This document shows positions 10,192 through 21,700 of a stretch of DNA of 64,000 nt, piece by piece. The DNA is taken from positions 1 through 64,000 of IMG/VR virus record IMGVR_UViG_3300027969_002800, one strand, 5' to 3'. A program made the translations under genes and the position numbers. Under the pieces are notes generated by a model, which was not told where the DNA came from, ran no database searches, and saw nothing but the letters and a program-made list of their open reading frames with translations. Every line of letters starts with the position of its first letter. Within the stretch, counting starts at the first letter, position 1. This DNA comes from a virus.

Positions 10192-11151
10192 ATGTCATAC
10201 TACTATAAATATGATTTCGTAAGTCCAGAACCTGTTTACTCAACTGTTAAAGAAGAGCTGAAAAGCTATTTTGATACTGGTGCTGTAGATGATCTTTTAT
10301 TTCCTACCTATTTAGATAAAGCTCTAAAGAAGTTAGGAAGAACAACTTATGTAATCACTGATGAGATTCTTTTTGTACAAGACTTTGAAGCTAGACTTCC
10401 TGATAACTTTTATGCTGTTAGAGAAGCTTGGATGACTACAGAAGTAGCAAACTATCCATACCAATCAGCAAACTCATTCTATTCACAAGCAGCTTCTGAA
10501 ACAACAATACAAGTTTCTCCTGTAACTTCTGGTGGTGCTGCTTGTACAAATCTTGAATGCACAACAGGATGTCCTGCATGTATGCCTGTATTGATACAAG
10601 CTGTTTACAAGACAAACAATAGTGTAGCTAGAGGATTTACTCATAACTACTTACTTAAGCCTGGAAACATATCTGCAAGAAAGAATTGTGGTGTGGAATA
10701 CACAAACAATTGGGACTTCAATGCACAACCTATTCCTGTAAACAATTTCACTCCTGGTTCTGCTAGTATTGATTCATTTGATATTAGAGATAATAAGTTT
10801 GTAACTAATTTTAGAAATGGTGTTGTACATTTAATATTCTATGCTACAGAGTATGATGAGATAGGGAACCAATTGATTCCTGACAACTATCGTATAAGAG
10901 AATATGTAGAAGCATTCCTTAAGTTTAAAGTGTTTGAAACTCTTACAAACCAAACTGTTGATGAAACATTTAATCAGTTACAACAAAAACTAATGTATCA
11001 TAAACAAGCCTATGAAGAATCTTTCATTATGGCAATGATAGAAGTTAAGAAACAAACTGGTTGGGAGAAACAACGAAGAATCAAAAATGACTTAAATAGA
11101 TTTAATATGTACGAACTTCCTACTAGTAGATATGGTAGAAGACGTAACTAA
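10192..11151 (+). CDS. Putative tail ring protein (crAss-like)
   Basis: Synteny; FVTNFRNGVVHLIFYA...DEIGNQLIPD resembles crAss ring proteins. Confidence 0.55.
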   Translation: MSYYYKYDFVSPEPVYSTVKEELKSYFDTGAVDDLLFPTYLDKALKKLGRTTYVITDEILFVQDFEARLPDNFYAVREAWMTTEVANYPYQSANSFYSQAASETTIQVSPVTSGGAACTNLECTTGCPACMPVLIQAVYKTNNSVARGFTHNYLLKPGNISARKNCGVEYTNNWDFNAQPIPVNNFTPGSASIDSFDIRDNKFVTNFRNGVVHLIFYATEYDEIGNQLIPDNYRIREYVEAFLKFKVFETLTNQTVDETFNQLQQKLMYHKQAYEESFIMAMIEVKKQTGWEKQRRIKNDLNRFNMYELPTSRYGRRRN

Positions 11152-11164
11152 TTAAAATATCATT

Positions 11165-14100
11165 ATGGCTGAAGAACAATCACAAGGAAATATAAAACAA
11201 GAACTTAACAGTGCTAACATAGGGTTAAACCTAGATAGCACATTAAATCAGATTAAACAGGGCACACTTACGTATGCCTTAAATGCTGCTTTAGAAAACT
11301 TTGATGCTTCTTCTGTCAACTATCAGAATGAACAAGGAAATGAACTATGTGTTACATTTCCTAAAGAATACGTATTAATAGGAACACATTTTATTAATGA
11401 ACAAAGTAAACATATATTCTTCATCACCAATCCTAACACAGGAGCTAGTGAGATAGGATATATGGATAACAATGATTGCGTCTATCATACATTAGTTAGT
11501 GCTCTATGTCTTAACTTCAATGTAGATCATCCTATACACAAAGCAGTACATAAGATTACTAATTGTACAACAGAGATATATTGGACAGATGGATTCAATC
11601 CTAGAAGATATTTAGATTTAAATGATATTCCATATATATTAAAAAGTGGATCCCTTCTTTGTGATCCTAAATATACAGATGAATTAGATTGTAATCAATT
11701 AAAACTACAACCTAATTTTAACATTCCAAGTCTTTCTATTGTAGACATTACTACAGGAGGTTCTCTTCTTGCTGGTACATATCAGTTTGCAGCACAGTAT
11801 TCTGATGCTGTAGGTAATCCTTTCACTTCTTATTACTCTATTACCAATCCTACACCAATTGCTGATCCACAGATTGCAACAGTTAACTTTAACTATGTTG
11901 TAGGAAAGTCTATTGTTGTTGATGTAAGTAACTTAGATTCTTCTGGACAGTTTCAATATTTCAATCTAGCTGTAATTAAAACAGTTAATGCAATTACATC
12001 TGTAGAATTAATTGGAACATATTTTATAGATAACACATCTATAAATATAACTTACACAGGACAGATAAATGATAACATTCGTTTATCAATGAATGATATA
12101 TTTGAGAAGTTTCCATATTATGATGTAGCAGAAGATTTAACAGCTGTGCAGGATGTTCTTGTATGGGATGGACTTACATCTATAGATAGAATTAATTATC
12201 AATCTATAGCTACGCAAATAGATCTGTTGTGGGAAACATATGAAATTCCTCCAAATGAAAACTATGCAAATGAATTAAATGCTACAAACCTTAGAGGATA
12301 TCTTCGTGATGAAGTGTATGCATTTGAAATTGTATTCTTATTAAAGAATGGAAAACAAACAGATGGTTTTCATATTCCTGGTAGAACATTAACTTCTGAC
12401 GACACACTTCTTCCAAATATTTATACTAGTAATCCAGATTTTATTGGTGAACCAGAACCAGACACAGACTACAGTCCTTATTGGAAAATATATAATACAG
12501 CTACAGATCTTGGTCCAGGTACTGGTCAGCCTATTGGTAATGCTGTTCCACATAGATATGGATACTTTGCATATTGGGAATCAACAGAAACGTATCCATG
12601 TAATGCAGATCTTTGGGGAGACTTAGCTGATCAACCAATTAGACATCATAAATTTCCAGATGTATTAGTTAGTCCTATTACACGACCAGCTATAATATAT
12701 GATCCTTCATTAGGATTATCTAGACAAAATAATTATGTATATCCAATAGGAGTTAAAATAGATACAGCACAAGTCTACGATTTAATAGATACATCAAAAT
12801 TAACAGCAGATCAAAAAGCTGATATAGTAGGATATAAAATAGTAAGAGGGGATAGAGGAACAAATAAATCTATTGTAGCAAAAGGTATTCTTCGTAATGT
12901 AGGAGAATATACAAGAGAAAACCAAGCTTTTTATTTTCCTAACTATCCGTATAATGATATTACTGAAGATCCATTTCTTAATGCAAACAATAATGCTTGG
13001 TCAGATTTATGTGAAAGATTTATAATAAATGTATTAAAGCTACCTTCAAAAACAGCACTTGGTGTACCTTGTTTAACAATAAGATATGTAAGTTGTGATA
13101 GTAATAAAGAATCAAATGAGGAATTTACAACAACAGGTATTCATTATATTTGCTCTATAGGTAAACCAACTATAACAAGTCCTGGTGTAACTAATACAAT
13201 TGATTATAGTCGTGGATGTAATCCAGTACCAAATATATCTAATTCAAGTTGTATAGGTACAGTTAGTTATGCTGATTATGATGTGTATAAAATAAGATCA
13301 GGAAATCATTGTGGATGGCCTGGTTTACAATGTTCTGGTTGGGGAGCAGAATGGGATGATCCAATTTCTGGACCAGGTGCATATGTATGGATGAAACCAG
13401 GTAATAGTTATTGTATACGTGTTAAAAAAGATCAAAGCCCTTATAGAGTAAGTGGTTCTAGTAAGTGCGGTTGTAATGACATTTCTTTACAATCTACAGT
13501 GAGAGATACATCTTGTGGAGCTGTTGCACCACTCACTCCTATATCAAATAATCCTTCTAGTACGTATAGACAAATATTTAATTCTCCAGAAACTTCTTTT
13601 GGTCAACCATTCTTAGGAGATATTCTTAAACTAGAGAATGTAATGTTTGGTGCTGGTAAAGCACATTTTGTACCAGTTAAAAGTAATGCTAAATATAGAC
13701 TTCTTTCTAAAGAAGCACAACAAGACGCTCTTGCTAGTTCCAATAGATTAGCTGCTTATACAAATCCATTTAATTCCACTGCTATGTGGACAGCATATCA
13801 AGCATACTTACAAATATATATAAATGGTATAACTAGAAGAAACTATGCTTATTCATTTAACTCTACAGCTAGTTATGATTATAATGCAGAGATAACTAAT
13901 AGTGGAGACAAACAAAGAACATTAGATATTAAAAGATATTTAATTCCAGGAGTACAAAATGTAGGTGATGATCGCAATGTGAATAACTATCAAAGAGAAT
14001 CTTCTGTTTATTTAAAAACAGATGATGCAAAAGCTTCATTACCATTCCCTAGTAATAGTACAGAGATGGCTAGTATAGGAATCAAAGATAGATCCAGACT

Positions 14101-16411
14101 CACTATAGGTGGTAGTGGTAGATGTGCTACTCCTGCAAGAGAACAAGATATAACTGTTGTTTCTTATTATGCTTCATTAAAAAATACATTTGTAAATCAA
14201 TGGGGGCAAATGTATTCGTATGATACAATTGATACAGGATTCCAAAGAAGTGTGACATCTAATACCACTGCTACAATATTTGGAGGAGATACATTTATAT
14301 CTAGGTTTGCATTCAAAACCAAGCTTCCATTCTTTATAGATAATAGAGTTAATGCTCCTGATGATAGTGATATATTCTATGATGAGATTGGTAATATAGC
14401 CTATCCAAAATATTGGCACTCAGCTAGATCTATTCTATCAGATTATACAGCTAACTCAGGCACACTATCTAATGTAATTTCATACAAAGCTCATGAGTTT
14501 GATTGTCCTAATGATCAACGTCTAGTACCATCAACAGCTAAATCAGATACTAATCCTAATAGAACATTCTATGATGGATATTTTTATTTGTTTGCATATG
14601 GTATTCCTAACTTCTATTGTGAGAGTTCTTACAATACAGATCTAAGACAAGCATTTAATAATAGAGAAGGAGACTTCTGGCCACATGTATCTACAGGTAT
14701 TCCTGATGATTGGATGCAAGAAGATTTTGTATCTATTGCTAATGATAATACATATACATATAATGTAACATTCTCTAAACAGAATAAAGAAAATACATTT
14801 ACACATTTACCAGCAGATTACAATGGAGCACCATGTTATACATACTATCCATTTAGAGCTGTATACTCAGATGCACAAAACACTGATGCTGACAATAGAG
14901 TTAATAGCTGGTTAACATACAGAGCTATTTCTTATTATGACTTTCCTCAGAATTATGGTAAACTTATATCATTAGATGGTATTCAGAACAAAGCTGTATT
15001 AGCTAGGTTTGAGAATAAAACATTAATGTATAACAATCTCCTTACAATTGATACAAGTAATCCACAAGCTGCATATGTAGGTAATCCTAATATGTTTAAA
15101 GGTGCACCTCCTATTGACTTTGCAGAAACAGATCTTGGATATGTAGGAAGTCAAAACAAAATGTTATTAAAGATTCCTCAGGGACAGATAACAGTTGATG
15201 CTAAAAGAGGACAAGTGTTTCTTATAGAAGGAACGAAGGTTGAAGACTTATCTGCATTTGGTTCTGGAATGAATAGATTTTTTACAGATCATTTAGCTTT
15301 TGAAATATTGAGATACTTTTCAAAGGTAGATGTAGATAATAATTTTAATGGTATAGGATTACATGGTGTATATGATAGTAAGTTTGATAGAATAATACTT
15401 ACTAAAATAGATTACATTCCATTAAGTTCAGATATCAAATATGATGATATAACAAGAGATTTCTATATAGATGAACCATTAGGTGATAATATTATATTTA
15501 AAAGAGTTGTAGATTTAAAAGACTCAGATTACTTTTGTAATAAGTCTTGGACTCTTTCATTTAATGTAAATACTAAAAGCTGGGTTTCTTTTCATAGTTA
15601 TATTCCTAATTGGTATATAGCAGAAAACAATTTCTTTTATTCTGGTGTTAATGGATGTTGTGATGATTTTGATTTTGTTGCAGGAGGTCGTGTACCTACA
15701 CCAAGTACTACCACTACAACTACTGTATTTGTACCTACCACTACAACTACTTCTACTACTAAATTTGTAGATTGTACAATAGATGGAGAAGTAATATTAA
15801 CTAATTGTGAAATAGAAGGAGACGGTTATATAGTTCCACAACCATGTCAAAGACCTACAAACGTGCAAACATTTAGCTTTATAATAGGATATAATATAAT
15901 ATATCCTCCTTCAACAGTAGTGTCTACAGGAAATCAAGCAGATGCTTGTGACTCTATGAACTACTACAATGAAATTTTTGGACTAGATCCAAATGTAGAA
16001 TTTAATGATATTTTAGCAGAAGTTGTAAATATTGAAATTAATCAAACTGTATATGATGGTACAACAGGTACAGATTGTACATTGATACCTGATGGTTGGT
16101 ATTATACAGATGAGACAGCAGGTAGTAGTAATGTATTCAATGTAGTTAATGGTATAATAACTGAAATAGTTAATTGTCCTTCAGATACAACAACAACCAC
16201 TACTACATTACCAAATTGTTTCTCATTTACAATACGTAAATCAACACCAGGTACTGTAGCAGTAACTTATATTGATTGTTTAGGAGAACCAGCAAGTATA
16301 AATATTGGTAATCCATCACCAGGTGGACCTACTGAACAAACCTTCTGTGCACGTAATGGAAGTATAGTTGTACCTGCTGAGGTAACATTAAGTAATAATG
16401 GATCTTGTTAA
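11165..16411 (+). CDS. Tail stabilization/muzzle protein (crAss-like) with Thr-rich C-terminal appendage
   Basis: GLNLD, IYWTDGFNPRR, YLRDEVYAF, IRHHKFP, FGGDTFISR and WVSFHSYIP motifs; 1748 aa. Confidence 0.75.
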   Translation: MAEEQSQGNIKQELNSANIGLNLDSTLNQIKQGTLTYALNAALENFDASSVNYQNEQGNELCVTFPKEYVLIGTHFINEQSKHIFFITNPNTGASEIGYMDNNDCVYHTLVSALCLNFNVDHPIHKAVHKITNCTTEIYWTDGFNPRRYLDLNDIPYILKSGSLLCDPKYTDELDCNQLKLQPNFNIPSLSIVDITTGGSLLAGTYQFAAQYSDAVGNPFTSYYSITNPTPIADPQIATVNFNYVVGKSIVVDVSNLDSSGQFQYFNLAVIKTVNAITSVELIGTYFIDNTSINITYTGQINDNIRLSMNDIFEKFPYYDVAEDLTAVQDVLVWDGLTSIDRINYQSIATQIDLLWETYEIPPNENYANELNATNLRGYLRDEVYAFEIVFLLKNGKQTDGFHIPGRTLTSDDTLLPNIYTSNPDFIGEPEPDTDYSPYWKIYNTATDLGPGTGQPIGNAVPHRYGYFAYWESTETYPCNADLWGDLADQPIRHHKFPDVLVSPITRPAIIYDPSLGLSRQNNYVYPIGVKIDTAQVYDLIDTSKLTADQKADIVGYKIVRGDRGTNKSIVAKGILRNVGEYTRENQAFYFPNYPYNDITEDPFLNANNNAWSDLCERFIINVLKLPSKTALGVPCLTIRYVSCDSNKESNEEFTTTGIHYICSIGKPTITSPGVTNTIDYSRGCNPVPNISNSSCIGTVSYADYDVYKIRSGNHCGWPGLQCSGWGAEWDDPISGPGAYVWMKPGNSYCIRVKKDQSPYRVSGSSKCGCNDISLQSTVRDTSCGAVAPLTPISNNPSSTYRQIFNSPETSFGQPFLGDILKLENVMFGAGKAHFVPVKSNAKYRLLSKEAQQDALASSNRLAAYTNPFNSTAMWTAYQAYLQIYINGITRRNYAYSFNSTASYDYNAEITNSGDKQRTLDIKRYLIPGVQNVGDDRNVNNYQRESSVYLKTDDAKASLPFPSNSTEMASIGIKDRSRLTIGGSGRCATPAREQDITVVSYYASLKNTFVNQWGQMYSYDTIDTGFQRSVTSNTTATIFGGDTFISRFAFKTKLPFFIDNRVNAPDDSDIFYDEIGNIAYPKYWHSARSILSDYTANSGTLSNVISYKAHEFDCPNDQRLVPSTAKSDTNPNRTFYDGYFYLFAYGIPNFYCESSYNTDLRQAFNNREGDFWPHVSTGIPDDWMQEDFVSIANDNTYTYNVTFSKQNKENTFTHLPADYNGAPCYTYYPFRAVYSDAQNTDADNRVNSWLTYRAISYYDFPQNYGKLISLDGIQNKAVLARFENKTLMYNNLLTIDTSNPQAAYVGNPNMFKGAPPIDFAETDLGYVGSQNKMLLKIPQGQITVDAKRGQVFLIEGTKVEDLSAFGSGMNRFFTDHLAFEILRYFSKVDVDNNFNGIGLHGVYDSKFDRIILTKIDYIPLSSDIKYDDITRDFYIDEPLGDNIIFKRVVDLKDSDYFCNKSWTLSFNVNTKSWVSFHSYIPNWYIAENNFFYSGVNGCCDDFDFVAGGRVPTPSTTTTTTVFVPTTTTTSTTKFVDCTIDGEVILTNCEIEGDGYIVPQPCQRPTNVQTFSFIIGYNIIYPPSTVVSTGNQADACDSMNYYNEIFGLDPNVEFNDILAEVVNIEINQTVYDGTTGTDCTLIPDGWYYTDETAGSSNVFNVVNGIITEIVNCPSDTTTTTTTLPNCFSFTIRKSTPGTVAVTYIDCLGEPASINIGNPSPGGPTEQTFCARNGSIVVPAEVTLSNNGSC

Positions 16412-16420
16412 TAAATTAAT

Positions 16421-17287
16421 ATGTCAAAAATAATAACAATAAGGTTAACGCAAGTGTCACCATCTTCTGGACCATTCACAATCTATGATCAGTTTGGGAA
16501 TGTGATAGCAGAAGATGTGACTAAGAAAGCTCTCATTGATGGGATTAACTATTCTGTGAATGATGATGTAATATCTATTACATTAAAATCTACAGGTAAT
16601 TGTAAAATACAAAAGACAGTGTATGTAAGTGATATTACAGAAGAGGAATATATTAATATCAAATTAAAACAAATTGTTACAGGATGTATATGGAGACACT
16701 TAACTAATATACAATTATACAATTCTTATTATGGTGTTACACAACCATACATAATTGAATATCCATTTGCTTACGCTAACCAAGATGAAATCTTACAGAA
16801 TGTAAAAGACTATACTAAAGCATATGAATATATATCTATACCAGATGGTGTCTTTAATGATAACACAAGAATAGAAACAAACAACAAGTGGTTTAACAAA
16901 GCTATTCTATATAATGGACAACAGAGTTCAGGAGTGTTGAATCTTGTTGCTAAACCTCTTAATGATATGCGTGCGTACATGCAATATCCAATATTCAATA
17001 CAGATAGTAAAACAATCACATACACTAAGAGTGATAACTTCTATCAATATAATACATTCTGGGCACTACAAAAAAGTTCTCAAGTGCCATTGTTTAATAC
17101 AGGTTGTGAAAGCTTATCTATTGATAAGGTGATTAACCAAAGCAATATGGATTATGGATCAAGAAGTTTCAAGAAAGCTACACTAAGAGCTAAGGAGCTT
17201 AAGATACGTCATATATTAGATGACAATTGTACAACGCATTTAGTGAGCCAGTTTATCTTGGGAGTAGCCCAAATTTCATACAAATAA
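16421..17287 (+). CDS. Tail protein: shared N-terminal module fused to a probable C-terminal part of the muzzle protein
   Basis: SGPFTIYD N-terminal module; IWRH...YYG...FNKAILYNGQQSSG...LRAKE. Confidence 0.55.
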   Translation: MSKIITIRLTQVSPSSGPFTIYDQFGNVIAEDVTKKALIDGINYSVNDDVISITLKSTGNCKIQKTVYVSDITEEEYINIKLKQIVTGCIWRHLTNIQLYNSYYGVTQPYIIEYPFAYANQDEILQNVKDYTKAYEYISIPDGVFNDNTRIETNNKWFNKAILYNGQQSSGVLNLVAKPLNDMRAYMQYPIFNTDSKTITYTKSDNFYQYNTFWALQKSSQVPLFNTGCESLSIDKVINQSNMDYGSRSFKKATLRAKELKIRHILDDNCTTHLVSQFILGVAQISYK

Positions 17288-17289
17288 CT

Positions 17290-17991
17290 ATGAGACATTA
17301 TTTATACAGACATATTAGATTAGACAAAAATGAACCATTCTATATTGGAATTGGTACTAAACAACCTAGAACACATAATAGTGTTAAATCAGAATATAGA
17401 AGAGCTCATGAAACAAATAGAAAAGAATCTTATATTTGGAATAACATAGTTAATAAAACTTCTTATGAAATAGAAATTCTTTTTGAGTCAGATGATTATG
17501 ATTTTATAAAAGAAAAAGAAATAGAATTTATATCTTTATATGGTAGAATAAATAACAATACTGGTATATTATCTAATATGACTGATGGAGGAGATGGGTT
17601 CATAGGTTATATACCTAGTAAAGAAAAAATTGAAAAACATAAAATATTTATGACTGGTAGAAAACAGTCTCAAGAAGAAAAACAAAAAAGAAATGAATCA
17701 AGAAAAGGATATTTACATAGTGAAGAAACTAAACTTAAAATATCTAATTCACATAAAGGTAAAAAAACTTCTAAAGAACATTTAGAGAAATTATATAAAG
17801 GTCAGATTTTAGCTAATTCAAAACCTATTAATCAATATGATTTAGAAGGCAACTTCATTAGAGAATGGCAAAGTGCTACCATAGCAGCTAAGGAAATAAA
17901 TTTACACCCAACATCAATAAGACATTGTGTACAGGGTAAAACAAAAACTTCTGGAGGGTATATCTGGAAAGCTCAAATCTCTTACAAGTAA
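17290..17991 (+). mobile_element. Free-standing GIY-YIG homing endonuclease with NUMOD3/NUMOD1 motifs
   Basis: YLYRHIR...FYIGIG, EIEFI, LSNMTDGGDG, HSEETKLKIS, INQYDLEGNFIREW...GGYIWK. ATG at 17290 is preferred over TTG at 17227. Confidence 0.9.
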
Positions 17992-18710
17992 TGAGTGGTA
18001 AAGTAAAATGCACATGTGGATGGAGCTGGAACAAATCTGATTCTAGTGTTAAGGATATGTACATATGTCATGAGTGTGGTAGAGATAATAGTAACAACAT
18101 GAAGAATGGTGGTTGGTTAGATAATTATAATGATTCTTCTGTATCATTACCAGAAGGATATGTAGGAGAAGGAATATTCAATGGTCCTATATTTGAAAAC
18201 CCTGCTGTTAAAGGACAGTTTCAAATGGGAGGGAGTCTTCCAGGAGCTGTAGGACATATGTATGCTAGACATGGATCTCCTAGTAAAGGACCACGTAGAA
18301 ACCAAACTGATGTAACAGATGCTTCTGCACAGAATGGTAAAGAAATGCAATACTACCAACAAGGATTAGATTGGAAACCTAAATCTATTAGTAGAGATGG
18401 TTCTGTAATTAAAGATGATAAAGGACAATGGGATCATCCAGGAGAGATAACGGAAATCAATTCTAATGATATAACAATGGAAGGAGTTCCTTATGATGTT
18501 CTTGGTGTATCAGATACTGGTGATACTAAACTAATGAAGCCAGGAAAGAATTATAAGTTCAAGGGTAAGAAGGTGACAGAATATCCTATGGCTAAGAATG
18601 GTGTAAACCAACAAGATGAAAAAACTTTGGAACAATTAGATCAATTGACTAACTTTACAAATTATAATAAACCACAACCAGGAGGCTGGCTAAACAAATA
18701 TAAATCATGA
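17991..18710 (+). CDS. Putative internal virion protein with N-terminal zinc finger
   Basis: CTCG...CHECG; repeated xxxGG/AQxG motifs; duplicated GGWLxxY. Confidence 0.55.
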   Translation: MSGKVKCTCGWSWNKSDSSVKDMYICHECGRDNSNNMKNGGWLDNYNDSSVSLPEGYVGEGIFNGPIFENPAVKGQFQMGGSLPGAVGHMYARHGSPSKGPRRNQTDVTDASAQNGKEMQYYQQGLDWKPKSISRDGSVIKDDKGQWDHPGEITEINSNDITMEGVPYDVLGVSDTGDTKLMKPGKNYKFKGKKVTEYPMAKNGVNQQDEKTLEQLDQLTNFTNYNKPQPGGWLNKYKS

Positions 18711-21700
18711 AAGCACAAATTTTAAAAATTGCAGGGGTTAAATCTGAAAAGGAGTTCTATAAAAAGTTTCCTTCAGAAGAAGCCTTTATGAAGAAACATG
18801 GTAAAGAGTTTAAGAAAGCTCAAACTGGTGCTGCAATCAATGCATCACAAGTACATCAATCAGCATATAAACCTTTAAGTTATCAAACTCAAGTTGATGA
18901 TGTTGATAAAATGCTTACAGGTTCTACAGAAGCTGAGAGACAAGCTGCATTAGCTAAACAACAAGCTGCTGCTCCACAAGGTGGTGGAGGTGGTGGTTTT
19001 GATATTGCTGGTCTTATGAAGCTAGCTGGTGGTGCTATTGGTGGAGCTGCAAGTGGTGCAGCTGGAGCAAGTTCAGTAGCAGCAGCAGCAAGATATGGAG
19101 CAGATATTCACAGAGCACAATTTGGTGGTAATTATGATTTAGGAAAGAGTCCTGATTTTTCAATGAATGCTAATCAAGGATTTTCTCCAAAGCAAAATAG
19201 TTTCTCTATGCAAACTCCTAAGTTTAATGCATATGATCCTCAAGGAGATCAATCAGGAACAAAAATGGCTAAAGGTATTTTTGAAGGGGCACATTCTGTA
19301 GGAGATAGTCCTTTCAAAGACGCAGATAAATGGTCTAAAGTGGGAGGAGCTGTAAGTCAATTTGCAGGACCAGTTGGAGATATTATTAGTGGTATTGGAG
19401 AATTGAAGAAAGAAAAAGAAATGAAAAAAGCTGCTGAACAAGCAAGAGATGTAAGTAAGATATCTCTTCAAGCAGCAGAGAGTGTTGATGTAGATGCAAG
19501 AAGACAACAATCTGAAAACATAGCTAAGCAAAGAGAAGCACAGATGCCAGTTAATACAGGAGAAGAATTCTTTCCTATATATGGTGTAGGTACAAATGTT
19601 CTTGCTAGGAATGGTTTTAGGTTACAAGGAGGTGGAGAAATACAAAATACATTTGCTCCAAATGATATATATACAGATAGTGGATATGAACCATTAAATG
19701 ATACTAATATAAAACAATACTACCATGGTGGAAGATTACATCAAATGCAAGATGGTGGAGGAACTCCATGGGGAATGATTTCACAAAAGGCTACAGGTAT
19801 AGGACAATCAATGATGGGTGGTCAAAATGCTGGTGGTAAAATTGGTGGCACAATAGGATCAGGAATTGGTACAGCTATTGGAGGACCACTAGGTGGAGCA
19901 ATAGGAAACTTTGTTGGAGGATTAGCTGGTAATGCTTTAGATACCAATGCTAAGAAAATGAAGAAAGCACAAGATGCTACACAAAGAAACATGCAAGGGA
20001 TGGCTAATGCTAATATGGCTAAAGGTATTCAAGCACAGAACCAATCTTATATGGAAGATGGTGGATGGGTTAGTCATGATTGGACTCCACAAGTTATAGC
20101 TTCATTTGGTGGTCTTGATAAACAAGAAGTATATAACTATGCACATGAAGGAATGGATTCATTAAGAGCTGGTGGACACCTAAGAGAATATACACCTCCT
20201 AGTGATAGAGCTATGGAAACATATGAAAATGGTGGAGAAGTTAGAAGATCTGCTTTAAATGGAGAAGTACAAACTACTTGGGGTGGTGGTATTAAAACAT
20301 TATCTCATAATCCTTATATGCCTGGTACAGGAGAAACAATTCAATTTGTTGGAAACAGTCATGATACATATGATCCTAAATCAAAACAAACAGGTATTGG
20401 AGTTAAGTATGGTCAAGGTAATCAAGATTCTTATACAGATTATGCTGAATATGGAACTGAACAAGCTGATGCTAATGTTGAAGTAGAAAAAGAACCAGCA
20501 GCTGAATTAATTGATCCTGTTACAGGAGAGAAAAATTTAACTGTATGGGGTAATTTGAAAATACCTAATCAATATATAGATATGCTAGGAGATAAAAATG
20601 CTAAAGGTAAAAAGTTTAAAAACTATGTAGCTGATCTATCTAAGATAGAAGAGAAACAAAATACTATTATAGATAAATCATCTAAAGAACTTAGTGCTCT
20701 TGATCCAATAAACTCTTTTGATAAGTTAAAGCTTACAGCATTGCAAGCTAACATACAAGGAGCTAATATGAAACTTAAAGATGTAGCTGATAAAAAAATA
20801 AATGCAGCTTCTCTTCAGAATGCTATCAATGATACAGCAGAAGAACGTGGATTAGTTGCTGATGATCTTGCTAGAGGTAAAGCTAAGGTGGACAAAGAAG
20901 CTCAAAAACAATCTGCTAAGTTTGGTGGTAAGTTTACACAAGCTCAAGATGGAAAAGAATTAACTGATGAACAGCTTATTGAACAAGCAGACATGCAAGG
21001 TGGCGAACTTGCTGAAGTTGTTATTACTAGACCTAAAAAATATGAAAATATAATAGATGAAGAATATGATGATTATGTAATGCCACAACAAAAATATGAA
21101 TATGAACAAATAGAACCAGATAATGAGTATGATGATTATGTACGTGACTTAGGTTCTAATGTTGTATCTAATAAAAAAACATCAACAAGATCTGGTAAGG
21201 ATAGTGATTGGTGGGATAAAGCTACTTTGTTTGCTAATGCAATACTTCCTACTATTAGACCAAGTGATGCAGAAGGATTAGATACAGCTCAGTTATATCC
21301 AGAAATGTTTGCTATGGCTACTAACCAAGTGGCTCCTGTACAAGCACAAACATATCAACCTGATTTAAGCACTCCTTATGATGTATCTTTTCAAGATCAA
21401 CTGAATGCTAATCAAGCAGATTATAGAGCAGCACAAAGAACAATGGGATATAACCCAGCAGCTCAAGCTAATCTAAATGCACAGAAGTATCAGGCTAACC
21501 AATCTGTATTAGCAAATCAGTTTAGAGCTAATCAAGAAATGAAGAATAAAGCGTATGGAGAAAATAGAAATATGCTTAATGATGCTAAGTTAAAGAACCT
21601 AGCTATATTCGATAAGCAATATGAAAGACAAACAGAAGCATTAGCTAATACAAAAGCTACAACACAAGCTGCTTTGAATTCTATATCTGATAAGTATGCT

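Noticed and set aside
17227-17289. TTG start and 21-aa extension of the GIY-YIG ORF
   Set aside because: It overlaps the upstream gene in another frame; the ATG at 17290 directly precedes the first catalytic motif.
17288-17991. Group I intron explanation for the endonuclease insertions (also 51837-52355)
   Set aside because: The host genes end in intact stops, and only 2-3 nt separate them from the endonuclease ATG, leaving no room for a ribozyme core.
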